Of a stretch of DNA of 32,000 bases, positions 18,717-32,000 are shown piece after piece. How positions within the stretch are numbered: position 1 is the first letter of the stretch; each line of letters begins with the position of its first letter. The stretch comes from Zygophlyctis sp. KS116 (lineage: Eukaryota; Fungi; Chytridiomycota), in the NCBI GenBank assembly GCA_054661495.1, contig BAAFSQ010000028.1:1-32000 (forward strand). Reading direction: 5' to 3'. The notes beneath the pieces were generated by a model. That model was not told the DNA's origin. It searched no databases and saw only the letters and a program-made list of their open reading frames with translations. A program made the position numbers and the translations under genes.

Positions 18717-21700
18717 ATGTCAAAGGAAAGAAAGTTTCCTCCCTTGATTATCAATCCGTCATCTCTTGCTGAGAAAAATCAGCCGCTTCTGACGCCAGAT
18801 GTAATGGACGCGACTGCAGCTCCTGCTGCGACTCCAACATCCACTGCTGAGATTCGAGGTCTATATTCTGAATATATCCTTAAGCCAAGGCAGACACCTC
18901 TTTTGCCTCCATTGAAAAGTCTTAAAAAGTCACCGATTTCCGCTACATTTATAAAAGCACCTCCCTTGAAGCCGATTGTTGGGAATTGCATATCTACTGA
19001 TCAACATTATAAAGCCGTTTCCGAAACAAACTATAGGGAGAAGCAGCACAAATTGGACTATCGGCTTGCTTTAGAGCCAAAGGTTCAGCTTCCGTTTGAA
19101 GGTAAACCAGGAGATACGCCAAGAAAGATTGAGATCGAGCGCAAGAAGAGACTGTTTTCTACCCAAAATATTCAGTCGCTGATCGAGAATGAAGTCAAGA
19201 ATATTTTTGAAGAAAAGGAAACTAGTCAGTATTCCCAAGAATTGAATTACGAGATATTTGATGATACAGAATTTGAGCAACGAACCATAACTGAATGGCT
19301 AAATCTAAAATTAGATAATGAATCTTCTGAATCGCTGGAAGAAAATGATCAAGTTGATGATTGGGTTGACAAAAGTGCACCAAAGCATATACTGTTTGCC
19401 AAGTTACCCATTCCAGCAGTTGCATTACGTAGAAAATCATGGATACCATGTCTAGTTACTGCATATGATACTTTAAAGAATTTATGGAAAATCAAATGGA
19501 TCAAAACTAGTGGTTGGCAGCTTGAATTTCAAGCAGATCAAGATGATGAAACTGATTTTGATGTTGAAGATGAGGAGGAAATCGTTCAGTCTACTAAAGA
19601 AGCCTTTGATAGAAACATGAGGGTTTTATGGCTTCATAGATTAAATTTACTTTTTCTTGCAGAAGATCCATTCAACTTTGCAAAGCGTTTTGCTGCTGCA
19701 TTGGCCAATAGAGAAGATGCCGCCAATTATTTGGTAAATTGGATTAAAACTTAATACTTTAGCAATACAACTTTTATATTGATTGTATGCCGACACATTC
19801 ACAACAAATGGCGGAGGAATCGGTCATTGAGATATTTAAAAGAGCTTCTGATTCTGGAAGGCGTTTCAAAACTATAACTACTAATGAAAATATAATGGCT
19901 TATCTAAAACGGGAGCTTCAAATGGACTTTTCAAGAGCATTGAATAAAATGCTTTTTGATTTTTCTGTAAGAATAATGATATTAATATATAGATATTAAA
20001 GCCGGAAATGAAGCAAATATACAAATGTACATTTATTAATAATCCAGAGGATAAATTTCACCAGAGGTAAGTTTTGAATTTGGTCTAATTTTAATAGTGG
20101 GCCTGTAGTCGTTCCAAAATATTCTTTTGAGAGTAATCGTAAACAGTTTAGTTTTTTATCATTCTTGATGAAGAGTGAAGTTATTAAAACTCTCCCTAGA
20201 ATTAAGGCTGAGTGTGATAAACTGGCTGGAAACTTGTTGTTTCAAGTTAATATTACCAAGATTATGAAAGTTGATGAATTTGAACAGGCTCAAATGCAAT
20301 CGATTTCAAATTGCAAAACGTTTTTGCGTGATAGGTAATGGTCACATAGATTCTAAATAATATAGCTGGCTTCCAACTATAAAAAATATAATCAAAACCG
20401 GTTTGAAAGATACTGGTAAGGGGTGGTTTAATATGCAGGAATCTAATATGGAAGTCTACAAAATTTGCAAGCTTAAAAAATTCATGACAACATTAAAATT
20501 CATGATGCAGGATTCAATTCGTTTTTTGGTCCTCAATTCCATGCATGAATTTGTAAAAATGATCCAATCAATTACTTCACAGTCTTTGGTAGTATCAGGG
20601 ACCAATGATATTAGAATTATTGATAGTTCATCGAAAGGTATGCATTTTGTAATGGAAACATGTCTTCGCAAACCTTTGTTTTCTTTGGAACTTGTTTTTA
20701 GAAATGGGAAAGTCATGTATAATGTAGATCCTAAAGTTTTTGAAGCAGCTTTAGTTAGCGTTTTGGAGAAGGGACTTTTAGCCGCAGAGGGACTTCCAGA
20801 ACTTGAACCCGCTATAATGGATAAGATATTTTGGGCCTCAAAGCCTCTACTTGATTCTGTTCATCCTCAGGAACCTGTAGTCATCCAGTTAATCGCTAAA
20901 TTACGGAAAGTTTTTCGTGAATCGCTCCCACCTCTAGAGATGTACCTTCGGCATTACGACAAGCATATCAAGTTACTGAATTTAGATATTACACAATACG
21001 CGGCGATGTACGAAGAAGAAAATAAGACAATTGAAGAAATGGAACAGGACATTATTAATCATACTCATAGCTGGGAATCTTTAGAAAGAGATATTCCTAG
21101 CCATATTAACATCGGCTTATTTTATCTAGGCTGTGAAAGCATAAGATCGGCTATGCGGAAAGATTTAAGCAAAATCGTTTTGGATATCATTGCCAAGAAG
21201 ACTTCCAAAATGGCTGCTAGTATTATTCAAGTATTTGCAGGTATCTCCAATAGGCTTAAAGAAAAACCCACCAAGATTGAGGAGCAGATGGAACTCCGTG
21301 AATATTTGAAAACAATTTCGGAAATGATTAAACTGCAGCAGCTTAAGATACAGGAAATGTCAAAGAATTACGATGTATTAGATAAGTACAGATACGAATG
21401 CTCCAATGAGGATGTTAGGTCTAAGTGGGCCGTTTATAGTCTGCCACAAAAGACGGATGATCAATTGAAGGCTATAGAGGCAAATTTGGAATCAGATGAA
21501 CTTGTTTTCAAGAACAGACTGTTTGCGGATCAAGAGGTATTTTAATATTTATCTCACAGGAATAGATTTTCCGAGATCGTATCAATACTCTAAATACTTT
21601 TATTTCCGATTTCAGTAAATATAGCGATATTGCGATGATTAGTGAAATCAATCAAGAATCTGCAAGAATATCAGCTGAACTGAAAGAATGTCAACAGCTT

Positions 21701-24700
21701 GTTGCCCTTTTTAACAGCAGAGAAAAATTATTCGCAATTGAGCCTACTGCTTACGAGCAGGTGAGTCAGTTAGGAAGAGATTTCGAGCCATATAAAAATC
21801 TTTGGAGTACTACTGGAGAATGGTATAAAGGCAAAGATGCTTGGATGTTGGGAAACTTTATCGATTTAGACGCTGAAGAAGTTGAGAAGAGCATAGCAAA
21901 TTCCTATAAAGTTGTATATAAGAGTATCAAGCAATTTAAGAATCAACCGGGATGTCTGGCAGTAGCGACTAAGGTATCATTTCCCGTTTTCGCTAAAGCT
22001 TAGATAAAAGAAGAGGTCGATGAATTTAAGCCTGCTTTGCCTTTAATCCAGGCTCTAAGAAATCCTGGAATGCGTGACCGTCACTGGGAAAAATTGAATG
22101 AAGATCTTGGAGTGAAGATAATCCCTGATAAAAATTTACGACTATCAGACCTTTTGAATATGAATTTATTAGACAAAATTGAAGCTATTTCAAAAGTTTG
22201 TGATTTTGCCGGTAAAGAATATTCTATTGAAGCTGCTCTTGACAAAATGGACAAAGAATGGGGAAGTATCATGCTTGAAATCTTTAGCTATAAGGATACA
22301 GGAACTTATATTATGAAAATAGGAGAGGAAGTCACTCGATTGCTTGATGATCACATTGTTATGACTCAATCTATGAGTTTTTCTCCATTTAAAAAACCGT
22401 TTGCGGATCGTATTTCGCAGTGGGAAACAAAATTAAGAACTATGCAGGAAGTGATTGAATCTTGGATGACATGCCAGCGCTCTTGGCTCTATTTAGAGCC
22501 TATATTTGGAAGTGATGATATAGTCAACCAGCTTCCTATTGAATCAAAGCGGTTTCAAACAATGGATCGAACTTGGCGTAAAATAATGAGTAACGCAAAA
22601 GTCAAGCCGGGGGTTGTTGACTGTTGTTCTGACTACAAACTACTAGATTCGTTTAGAGAATGCAACCAATTGTTGGAGCTAGTGTCTAAAGGTCTTTCTG
22701 CCTATCTTGAAAGCAAAAGAATAGCTTTCCCTAGATTCTTTTTCCTTAGCGATGATGAATTACTTCAAATCTTGTCTCAAACAAAAGATCCTACCGCTGT
22801 ACAGCCTCATTTGCGCAAATGCTTTGAAAATATTGCAAGTCTGGAGTTTTCATCCGATAATAAGATCATGGCGATGTTCAGTGGAGAAGGAGAAAAGGTT
22901 TGTCTTCAAGAGCCTTTCTATCCAAAGGGTCCTGTAGAAGAGTGGCTTCTAAAAGTTGAGGACCAAATGCGTAAAAGCATCAACAAAGTTATTCAAGACG
23001 GCATTTCTACTTATACATCTACACCCCGCGCAAAGTGGGTCCTTGATTGGCCGGGACAGGCTGTTATAGCCGGTTCTCAAACATATTGGACAAAAGAGGT
23101 TACAGAAGCAATTCAAAAATCCGAATTGAAAAAATTACTGGCCTCGTTATTAAATCAATTGCAGGGATTAGTTGGTCTTGTTCGAGGCGAACTACCATTT
23201 ATTTCCCGGCTGGTTTTGGGCGATTTAATTGTTATAGATGTTCATAGTCGCGATGTTGTGAAACGGCTGATTGATGCAGATGTGACTAGTACAAGCGATT
23301 TTGAATGGATAAGTCAGCTGCGTTATTATTGGGAAAATGATGAATTGAGAATTAAGATAGTAAATGCTAATTTCCGGTACTCTCATACGAAAGTTACTAA
23401 TAATTCAGATACGGGTACGAATATTTGGGAAATACGGGCCGTTTAGTTATTACACCTCTTACAGATCGATGTTATTTGACTCTGACTGGAGCGATGCATC
23501 TTGGTATGGGCGGAGCGCCTGCGGGGCCTGCGGGTAGGTTATAACTTCAATGCTTAACTAATTAGGAACAGGTAAAACTGAAACGGTCAAGGATTTAGCC
23601 AAAGCGCTTGCAAAACAATGTGTGGTATTTAATTGCTCTGATCAGCTTGACTATTTGGCGATGGCGAAGTTCTTCAAAGGATTGGCTTCGGCCGGTGCAT
23701 GGGCCTGTTTTGATGAATTCAACAGAATTGATATTGAAGTACTTAGTGTTATCGCACAGCAAATAATGACAATTCAGAAGGCGTGTGCTGCAGGACAAAC
23801 CCGTTTTATTTTTGAAGGAGTCGATTTGCCCCTGGATGTTTCAAATGCGATTTATATCACCATGAATCCAGGGTATGCTGGTAGAACCGAGCTTCCTGAT
23901 AATTTAAAAGCATTATTCCGCCCTGTAGCGATGATGATACCTAATTATACTATGTATTTTTTCTGCATTTTAATAACTAGGATTGCGGAAATCTCGCTAT
24001 TTTCATTTGGTTTCAGTGATGCAAAAGTGTTAGCTGAAAAAATGACAGCAACCTTCAAGTTATCTTCTGAGCAGCTTTCTTCACAAGACCATTATGACTT
24101 TGGAATGAGAGCCGTTAAAACTGTAATTTCCTCAGCTGGAAATTTGAAAAGAGGACAACCAAATTCTCCAGAAGATTTGATACTATTACGAGCACTATGC
24201 GATGTTAACTTGCCCAAATTCTTGGTGGACGACGTTCCATTATTTAATGGAATCATCAACGATCTTTTCCCAGGAGTCATTCAACCTAAGATCGATTATG
24301 GAAATCTTTTGACTGCGATGAAGTCGACTTGTACGTTACTGGGATTGCAACCAGAGGAGAATTTTATCAAAAAATGTATTCAACTATATGAAACGACCAT
24401 TGTAAGGCATGGTCTGATGTTGGTTGGTCCCACGGGAGGCGGCAAGTCAAGCTGTCTAAACGTTCTCTCAAGAGCAATCAGTAGCTTATGTGGTCAAAAG
24501 GCGCCCAATGGATCGACGTTTGAAAAGGTAGGATTAAATATCTTATTGTAAGGTCAGAGTATATATTTTAAATCCTAAATCAATAACTATGGGTCAACTT
24601 TATGGTGAATTTGATCAAGAAACTCATGAATGGTCTGATGGGATTTTATCTTGTCTGATGAGAGAGGGTGTCGAGGATACTTCCCCTGATAAAAAATGGT

Positions 24701-27700
24701 ATGTTTTTGATGGGCCCGTGGATGCAGTGTGGGTAGAATCCATGAATACATTATTGGATGATAACAAAAAACTTTGCCTTTCTAGCGGTGAAATCATTAA
24801 GATGACTAACTGTCAAACAATGATGTTCGAAGTGGGTGATTTAGCATTTGCATCTCCTGCTACAGTTTCACGTTGTGGAATGATATATATGGAACCAGGG
24901 GCCCTTGGACTGAAGCCTTTGATAAAAAGTCATATTGAAAATCAAAAGAAAATACTACCTCCTCAATATTCAGAGATATATGATGAAGAAATAAATTACC
25001 TGAGTGAAAGATTAATCGAGCAATCGTTGGAATTTCTTCGAAAAAACATCAAGGAAGCAGTGATCACTACTAATGGAAATCTAGTATGCAGTCTTTTTAA
25101 AATTCTGTCTGGTTTACTTGCCAAATATGAAATATCGAAAGATCAGACAGTAGCTCTGACAACCGACTCATTTTCTTTCCAGGCATGTCTTAAACCGTAC
25201 TTTATTTTCTCACTCATTTGGTCTGTGGGAGTCACGTCGGATAACGATGGAAGAAACAAATTTAGTTTTTGGCTTAGATCTTATATGAAACTGCTCAAAA
25301 TAGAAGCAATGGCAGAAGATGGTCTAGTTCATGATTATGTGTATTTACAGGAAACGAATGCTTGGACCAATTGGATTCAACAAATGGGGGATTTTGTTAT
25401 CAATCCCAGAGCTGCTCCTAACGAAGTTATTGTTCCAACAATTGATACAATCAGGAATTCTTATTTGCTTGATGTTTTATTAAGAAAGGGTTATCATGTT
25501 TTATGCTCTGGTCCAACTGGGGTCGGGAAAAGTATAACAGTCCAGGAAAAATTGATCAAGGGAATGGATCCAGCTCTATATACACCACTGACCATCAATT
25601 TTTCTGCTCGCACGAGCGCCAACCAGACTCAAGATGTGATTGATTCTAAACTTGAAAAAAGGAGAAAGGGTGTTTTTGGACCCCCGGTTGGCAAAAAATT
25701 TATAATATTTGTTGATGATTTAAATATGCCTCAGTTAGATATTTGTAATGCGCAACCTCCAGTTGAGCTTTTACGACAATGGATGGATTGTAATGGGTGG
25801 TACGATAGAAAGAATGTCGGTAAGTTCATGGAAATTATGGATATCGTTTTCGTTGCAGCCATGGGACCACCCGGTAATTTTAATTTTTAATCATATAGGG
25901 GGTGGGAGAAATGTAATAACCCCAAGATTCTTACGTCATTTCAATATGCTGAGCTTTGTGGAGCTCGAGACTGCCTCTATGGAAAAAATATTTTTTACGA
26001 TCATGTCTTTCTTCTTAAACAAGTTCTCTTCTGAAGTTCAAGGGAAGATTCAAGCTCTAGTTGATTCATCCATTCACATATACCATACAATCAGATCAGA
26101 ATTATTACCAACTCCAAATAAATCCCATTATACGTTCAATCTGCGAGATTTGGCGAAAGTGATTCAGGGGGTACTCTCGGCCGATATTAAGACAGTGACC
26201 CAAGATTCAGATATAGTTCGTTTGTGGACTCATGAATGTATGCGAGTGTTTCAAGATCGACTAGTGGACAAAGAAGACAGAGGCTGGTTTAGGAATCTTT
26301 TAATGTCGACAATGTCACAAAAGTTAGATTGTAATTGGACCGAAGTAGTTACTGTTGAGCCAATTATATATGGAGACTACCTTGTTCCTGGTGCTGACCC
26401 GAAAATATATACGGAGATTAAGGTAAAAAATATTTTACTGATTATAGGATATGCGGCGTTTGGTAAAATTGGCCGATGAATATCTGGAGGACTATAATAG
26501 TACTTCACAATCTCCTATGAAACTAGTCATGTTTTTGGATGCGATTGAGCATGTTAGCAGAATATGTCGGATAATTAGACAGCCTGGTGGTAATGCACTT
26601 CTTTTGGGTGTGGGTGGAAGTGGGCGTCAGAGCTTAAGTCGATTGGCCTGTTTCATGGAAGAATTTGACATATTTCAGATAGAAATCACCAAAAGTTATG
26701 GGCTGACAGAATGGAAGGAGGATCTGAAAAAAATTCTATTTAGCTCAGGATTGGAAGCCAAGCAAACGGTATTTCTATTTACAGATACTCAAATATTCAC
26801 CGAATCTTGCGTTGAGGATATTAACAATATTTTGAATGGGGGTGATGTACCAAATATATATCAAGGTGAAGACATGGATCGAATCCTGAACACCATGCGA
26901 CCTATCGCCGCTGATCAAAGTATCACTCCGACTAGAGAAAATCTTTTTGCATTATACTTATCCAGGATTAAAGCAAATTTACACATGATAATTTGCATGA
27001 GTCCAATCGGAGACGCATTTAGAAATAGATTGCGAATGTTTCCAAGTTTGGTTAATTGCTGTACCATTGACTGGTTTAGCACTTGGCCTGAAGATGCTCT
27101 TCGAAGTGTGGCCGCAAACTCAATATCAGAAATAAACGATATAGGATCTGAAAATATTGTGGATGGTATTGTTAATTTATGTGGTAAGTCTCTACTATTT
27201 TAAGAATACAGTGTATATGCACGAATCAGTTCGTGAAAGATGCGTTCAGTATAAATTAGAATTGAATAGAAATAATTATGTCACACCAAAGTCATATTTA
27301 GAGCTACTTGGTTTATATCGAAAACTTTTGGACAAAAAAAGGAGTGAATTATTGGCCTTGCGGAAGCGAACATTTACTGGTTTAGAAAAATTGCTGAGCG
27401 CGACTCGAGAAGTAGAAGTTCTTCAAGAGGAACTTGAAGCCATGCAACCAATGCTTATGCAAACTAGTCAAGAGACGGAAATTACCATGAAAAAGATCGC
27501 TGTTGATCGAGTTAAGGGGGAGGAAATTAAGGAAATTATTCAAAAAGAGGAATCTGCTTCAAGAATTAAAGCCGAAGAAACCAAAGCGATTGCTGATGAT
27601 GCTAAAAAGGATTTGGATGAGGCTTTGCCTGCACTAGATGCAGCTGTCGAATCATTAAATTCATTATCTAAGAACGATGTTATTGAAGTACGTTCAATGC

Positions 27701-30700
27701 AGCGTCCACCAGAAGGAGTTAAACTAGTCATTGAAGCAGTTTGCATTATGAAAGGTGTCAAGCCGAAAAAGATTGATGGCGACAAACCAGGGAAAAAAGT
27801 AGACGATTATTGGGAACCAGGAAAAGCACTTTTGGCCGAACCTCAAAAATTTCTTGACGGCTTACTCAATTTCGACAAAGATAATATTGCTGAGTCAACT
27901 ATTGTAAAGATCAAACCATATATTGAATCCCCTGAATTCCAAGTATATTTTTCTTCAATTTGACTAAAATTTAGGTTAGCGTTATTTCGAGAGTCTCAAA
28001 GGCAGCAACTTCTATGTGCCAATGGGTTAGAGCAATGGAACTATATTATAATGTTGCCAGAACGGTGGCTCCGAAACGTGCCAGATTAGCAGAGGCCCAA
28101 GAGTCCCTTGATTTAACGCTGAAAGCACTGGCGGAACTTAAGAAAAAGGCTCGAGAAGCCGAAATAAATATAAAAGAAATGGAAAAGAAGTATGCTGAAT
28201 CGGTTGCTAAGAAGGAGGAGCTCTCTAGAAAAGTTGAGGAGTGCAATGTGAAACTTTCGCGTGCCGGTAAGCTCATCTCTGGTCTTGGTGGTGAACGACA
28301 GCGCTGGGCTTTAGCAGTCGAGGCTTTTGACAAAAGAATTCATAATATTATCGGTGATATTTTACTTTCAGCGGGTGCGATTGCGTAAGCCTACAGTTTA
28401 TTTAATTACAATAGCTACTTAGGACCTTTCACTGCGGAATTCCGTCAGAGTTTAATGAAAGAATGGACAGGGGTCATTCTACGCTTGAAAATTCCACACT
28501 CGGATAATATAAGTTTATGGGATGCTTTGGGTGATCAAGTCAAACTACGCGAATGGGAATTAAACGGATTGCCGAAAGACTCTTTGAGTAAGGACAATGC
28601 CATTATTGTGCAGAACTCAAGAAGATGGCCTCTCCTTATTGATCCACAAGGGCAAGCCAATAAATGGATTAGAAATACAGAAAAAGAAAATGGTTTGGAT
28701 ATAATCAAGCTTACTGACCGTGATTTCTTAAGAACGTTAGAAAATGCCATTCGTTTTGGTAAACCTGTTCTTCTAGAAAATGTTGGCGAAAAACTTGATC
28801 CCGCATTGGAGCCTATTTTGCTAAAACAGACATTCAAGCAAAGTGGGAGTACAGTCATAAAAGTAAGCTGTCAATTTTTCTAATTTTAGCTGGGGGATAG
28901 CATATTGCCATACCATGACGATTTTAGATTTTATATCACAACCAAGCTTCCAAATCCATGTTACAGTCCAGAAATAAGCGCCACTGTCACCTTGCTGAAT
29001 TTCACATTGGCGCCGATCGGTTTGGAGGATCAGCTACTGGCGATAGTTGTCGCAAATGAAAGACCTGATCTTGAGGAAGCCAAGGCTCAATTAACAATGA
29101 ATAATGCACAGGTATATCATCATCAAAAGTTTATTTTAGATGAAAAAAGAATTGAAAGATATTGAAGATAAGATATTGTATTTGCTATCATCTGTCCAAG
29201 GTAGCCCTGTAGATGATGAGCGGCTGATTGATACTTTGGCTGCATCAAAGGAAACTTCGGAAGAGATCCAAACCAAAGTTTCAGTTGCGGAAAAAACAGA
29301 AAAAGATATTGATGCTACTCGATTCAAATATATTCCTGTCGCCGTTCGAACAAGAATTCTTTTCTTTTGTATAACGGAACTGGCTACAATTGATCCTATG
29401 TATCAATATTCATTAGGGTGGTTTATGAATCTTTTCGTTTCTGCACTGCTACACTCTGAAAAGAGCGATGATATTGAGCAGCGTGTGCGTAATGTTAATG
29501 AGTTTTTTACTTTCTCGTTATTCACTAATGTGTGCCGCTCCTTGTTTGAGAAGCATAAGCTTCTTTATTCTTTTCTATTAACAATTCGAATATTAATGAA
29601 CAACGATAAAATAAATCTGGACGAATGGCGCTATCTTTTGGCGGGTGGCCCTGCTGTCGAAAAGAAAATCGCTAACCCTGCAACTGAATGGCTCACGGCG
29701 CAAGCTTGGTCGGATATTCTTAGTTTATCCACTCTAAAAGCCTTTAATGGATTTGATTTAGAATTTGCAGAATATCGTGCACATTTTAAAACGATATTCG
29801 ATAGTCCTTCTCCGCAAAAGGAACCTTTGCCGGGATCATGGAATAATCAGCTTTCCGACTTCCAGAAACTATTGGTACTTAAATGTTTGCGTTCTGATAA
29901 AATGACTCCGGCTATTCAAGAATTTGTTGGAAAAGAATTGGGTCAGAAATTTGTAGAGCCACAAACTTCCGAGATGATTTCACTATATAAGGAATCTTCT
30001 CCGTGTACACCTTTGATATTCGTGTTAAGTCCCGGAGCTGATCCAGCTAGTGGTTTATATAAGTTCGCAGAAGATATGAAGATGATGAAACGAATTGTAG
30101 CAGTTTCACTTGGACAAGGACAGGGTCCAAGAGCAGAAGCATATATTAAAGAAGGCATGGAGAAGGGAATGTGGATTCTTCTTCAAAATTGTCATCTTGC
30201 TCCTTCTTGGATGCCTAGCCTTGACCGAATTATTGACAGCTTCACTCCAGATAAGCTACACCGAGATTTTAGACTCTGGCTCACTAGCATGCCGAGTGTA
30301 AAATTTCCAGTTACGATATTGCAAAATGGAGTGAAGACTACTTTGGAACCACCAAACGGGATACGAGCAAATCTAATGCGAACATATTCTACTTTTTCTG
30401 AAGAATTTCTTAATTCGTGTCCTAAAACTGATTCATGGAAAAAGCTTTTATTCTCTTTATCATTCTTTCATGCTGTAATACAGGAGAGAAGAAAGTTTGG
30501 AGCTCTTGGTTGGAATATACCTTATGAATTTACGGTAAATTTAATCTAGTTTAAATTTTTAGGATGGGGACTTGCGTATTTGTATCCGGCAACTGTCGAT
30601 GTTCCTTGAGGAAAATGAAAAAATTCCAATGAAGGTTTTGAAATATACGGCAGGTGAGATTAACTATGGAGGGCGAGTAACTGATGATTGGGATAGGTAT

Positions 30701-31853
30701 ACTTCAACACTTTACATATAGGCGTCTAATAATGAATATACTCGAGGATTACTATTGCCTTCCAGTTGTAGAAGACAATTACAAATTTTCCACATCACCT
30801 ATTTATTGCTCAATTCCCGCAGACAGCTATTTGGGATATAAAAATTATCTCAAAAGCCTACCACTTGAAGAGAGTCCAGAAATTTTCTCGATGCATGAAA
30901 ATGCCAATATTACATTTGCACAAAAAGAAACTTTTGCTATTTTCGATACTCTAGTCGCACTTATGCCAAAATCGAGTAAAAGTGGCTCAGGAAAATCAAG
31001 GGATGAAATACTCATGGAAACTGTGGTGTCAATGCAATCTAAAATCCCAAAACCATTCTCAATAGATAATGTCATGAGAAAATATCCTATAGATTATAAA
31101 GAGTCTATGTCAACTGTATTAATCCAGGAAGTAATTCGATTTAATCGCTTATTATCTGTTATCCACTCTAGCTTGATAGAAATGGTAAAAGCATTAAAAG
31201 GATTAGTCGTTTTATCTGAACAGTTGGAAAACGCATGCAATTCAATATTTTTGAATCAAGTCCCAACAACTTGGGCAGCAAAAGCATATCCGTCCTTGAA
31301 GAATTTATCTTCATGGGTAATTGATTTAATTGCACGTTGTGAATTTCTTCAAAGGTGGATTGATCAAGGAATTCCTATAGTTTTCTGGATCAGTGGGTTC
31401 TTCTTCCCTCAAGCCTTCTTAACAGGAACTCTTCAAAACTTTGCCAGAAAATATGTTGTATCCATTGATTTGCTCTCTTATGATTTCAAAATTGTTGATA
31501 CGAAATGGGAATCTATTCAATCTAAACCCGTTGATGGCTGTTATATCCGAGGATTGTATATGGAAGGTGCACGATGGGATCCAACGCGAAAAACACTAGC
31601 CGAGTCGAAACCAAAAGAGTTGTACTCTGACATGCCTGTTATTTGGCTTATCCCCAAGCCGCAAAGAAATAAACCAGAGACTGGGATCTATGATTGCCCA
31701 GTATACAAGACTCTAACTCGAGCGGGAACATTGTCTACCACTGGCCACTCTACCAATTATGTACTAGCGATTGAAGTTCCATCTGAACATCCGCAGTCGC
31801 ATTGGATAAAGCGTGGGGTGGCTCTGATTGCTAGTTTAGGCTCTGGATTTTAG
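18717..31853 (+). CDS. DNAH1: Axonemal inner-arm dynein heavy chain, DNAH1-like (about 19 tiny introns)
   Basis: N-terminal PRKIEIER / IFDD.EFE.RT..EW; P-loops [24 protein letters not shown] and GVGGSGRQS; stalk region; C-terminal [10 protein letters not shown]...HWIKRGVA. Frame breaks coincide with short GT-AG segments. Confidence 0.93.
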
Positions 31854-31901
31854 AATTTAAGAATAACTTAATAAATTGCAAGGGCAGAGGTTGGCGTTTG
31901 A

Positions 31902-32000
31902 ATGGAAAATCTAAAATCAGTTTTAAATAGATCTGAGTGGTCCCGAGTCTTGAAGGAATTCCCTGGACAAGGGGGAGAGAAATGGTTAACTTATCTTCGA
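31902..32000 (+). CDS. Start of an unidentified gene, truncated by the window end
   Basis: Open frame MENLKSVLNRSEWSRVLKEFPGQGGEKWLTYLR beginning 48 nt after the dynein stop and preceded by the same GGCG motif as other starts. Confidence 0.55.
   Translation, partial: MENLKSVLNRSEWSRVLKEFPGQGGEKWLTYLR

Noticed and set aside
18717-31853. Fragmented ORFs as pseudogenes, frameshifting or a TAR=Gln genetic code
   Set aside because: Breaks coincide with short GT-AG introns, long exons have no in-frame stops, and genes end in TAA, TAG and TGA.

Overview
AT-rich, extremely gene-dense eukaryotic DNA, most likely from a flagellated (zoosporic, chytrid-like) fungus. Support: a fungal-type 18S rRNA 5' end, a white-collar-2-like gene and an axonemal dynein heavy chain. 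Genes use the standard code and are split by tiny GT-AG introns of about 24-29 nt, which fragments the ORF track. Left to right: the 5' end of 18S rRNA and its 5'ETS (minus strand); a ~4.5 kb KDZ (Kyakuja-Dileera-Zisupton)-type DNA transposon bounded by degenerate 53-bp inverted repeats, carrying an apparently intact spliced transposase and a convergent PHD-like finger + HMG-box gene followed by further, possibly decaying, coding sequence; a possible MMS19 C-terminal remnant; an unknown P/Q-rich gene; TRM10; two tandem MscL-family channels; WC-2-like; two tandem EFM5/EEF1AKMT1 copies; AcpS-type PPTase; NDUFA2; MFI/C11orf65-like; LETM1; RPD3; UBP6; a 13-kb DNAH1-like dynein; and the start of one more gene. 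The best candidate for an undescribed system is the KDZ element with chromatin-reader cargo sitting about 670 bp upstream of the 18S start. All family assignments come from motif recognition by eye; no database searches were run.
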